NCBI GenBank assembly: GCA_977017645.1
Contig: OZ360242.1
Span: forward strand, 18,166,001 to 18,230,000
Reading direction: 5' to 3'
Source: Torpedo marmorata
Lineage: Eukaryota
Length of the DNA: 64,000 nucleotides
Below, piece by piece: positions 62,743 to 64,000 of this stretch (within the stretch, counting starts at the first letter, position 1; each line of letters opens with the position of its first letter). A program made the position numbers and the translations under genes. The notes under the pieces are model-generated. The model did not search any database. It was not told the origin of the DNA and saw only the letters and a program-made list of their open reading frames with translations.

Positions 62743-63461
62743 AAAAGAAGGCAGAGCAGGTGAAGGAGTCTGGATTATTGCTCGATGACTGAGATGTTTT
62801 TGTGTGTCATCCAGCGAACTCAGTTCGCCAACCTTGGCAGCATTTGCAATCTGAGATCTGAAGTCTACGTTTGGTTGTCACTGCTTCATAACCACTAGTG
62901 CTTGGACCCTATTCAGTTAATGCTTTCCCACCATCTGCCACCTGTTGCAAGGGGTGGCCTTGAATAAAATTGATTGAGAGGGGGAGGAATTAGAGACGTT
63001 GCCATGGGGATTGTGGCTGACTCGACTGAGGAAGAACTTCAAGGGAACTTGAAGTGGTTCAAGGGAAGGACCAGTTGAGGTCTGACCCAACCCACTTGCA
63101 ACAAGGCAGCAGCTGTTTGCAAATTCAATTGTGTTATTATCAAAAGCTACAGCTTAAATACTTTTAAGCCCGTTAACCCCTCGGTCATTTTGTATGGATC
63201 TGGGAAATCCTTTTAAAATATGTTGGAGTAAACTGCAGTATTCCTTCTGTTTTGAGATGAGACTATTATTCGATATCATTTTTTTTGTAAAGCGATCTGG
63301 TAAGCCTATTCTCGTTTGTTTGAATGGGATTGTTGACTCTTCCATTCCTGACATGGCCATGAAATAAGTGCACGTTTCTGGTTTGTTTTTTATTGTTCTT
63401 CAGCTTTGTGCCTGGTACTTCCCCAAGTGTGTTGTTGCTAATGCACTTGCTTTCTCACCAG

Positions 63462-63564
63462 GAGGCCACATGATCAACACTAACTGTTCGGCAGCTCACA
63501 GTCGACAAGCTCTTTCCTGCAAGATGGCTGTGGAATATGACAAGTTTATTGAATCAGGGAAAAA
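63462..63564 (+). CDS. LFNG: Lunatic fringe coding exon 3 ([34 protein letters not shown]); the gene continues past the window
   Basis: Acceptor CTCACCAG|, donor AA|GTGAGT, phase 1 to 2. [21 protein letters not shown] is the LFNG signature. Confidence 0.96.
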
Positions 63565-64000
63565 GTGAGTACTAAAGCAGAACAGCAAGTTATTTGGGGG
63601 AAAAAAAATTGAGCAATAATTTCTCCCAGTGGCTGGAAAGGTAAGCCCATTGCGAGCCATTCAAATCTGGCGGACCTAGATTAAGGTCTTGTATGTGACA
63701 AGGGCTGGTCTCCAATTACTGGTATAGTTAGAATGCTATTCTTGAGGAAGGTAGAATGCTGCCAGTGAGGATTCTTCTGGTTATTGTGCAGTGGCTCGCC
63801 ATATGTGTGAAAGTTGATGAGTTACACCTCTACCTGTACTACAGGAACTCTGAAGCAGGTGTTCTGTTAATTCCTTGTGTCTAAGGTTACACAAAAATAA
63901 GTTACAATGTCAGTTTTCCAAAGGGCTAAAGTCATCGCTCGCAGTGAATCACCAAAGGGGTTGAAAGGAAAGAAAGAAAATCCAGCCAAACAACCAGAAT

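Overview
Vertebrate genomic DNA, very probably from a cartilaginous fish (shark or ray), judged from HE1/V-SINE-like and HER1/CR1-like repeats. The only host gene I can identify is the 5' part of lunatic fringe (LFNG, + strand): coding exons at 44888-45337, 61499-61547 and 63462-63564, a TATA/GC-box promoter and a 16-kb first intron; the gene continues beyond the window. The 44 kb upstream is dominated by transposons: two Mag-like Ty3/Gypsy LTR retrotransposons (61-4533, degraded; 12008-16621, identical LTRs and a 5-bp TSD), two Gmr1-like elements lying head-to-head (30486-36626; 37372-43427), two L1 copies, CR1, Rex1 and other LINE fragments, hAT MITEs and SINEs. Most interesting observations: (i) both Mag-like elements lack a tRNA primer-binding site and instead carry a leader complementary to their own LTR poly(A)-signal region, with the pairing kept despite different sequence; (ii) both carry a cluster of YY1+ETS motifs in antisense orientation in the gag-protease linker; (iii) a 5S-rRNA-headed SINE and a GC-rich ~850-bp non-coding retroposon share one 3' tail; (iv) LFNG lacks the RXXR convertase site; (v) there may be a decayed multi-exon gene on the minus strand. 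All alignments were done by eye and family names come from recalled motifs, not database searches.
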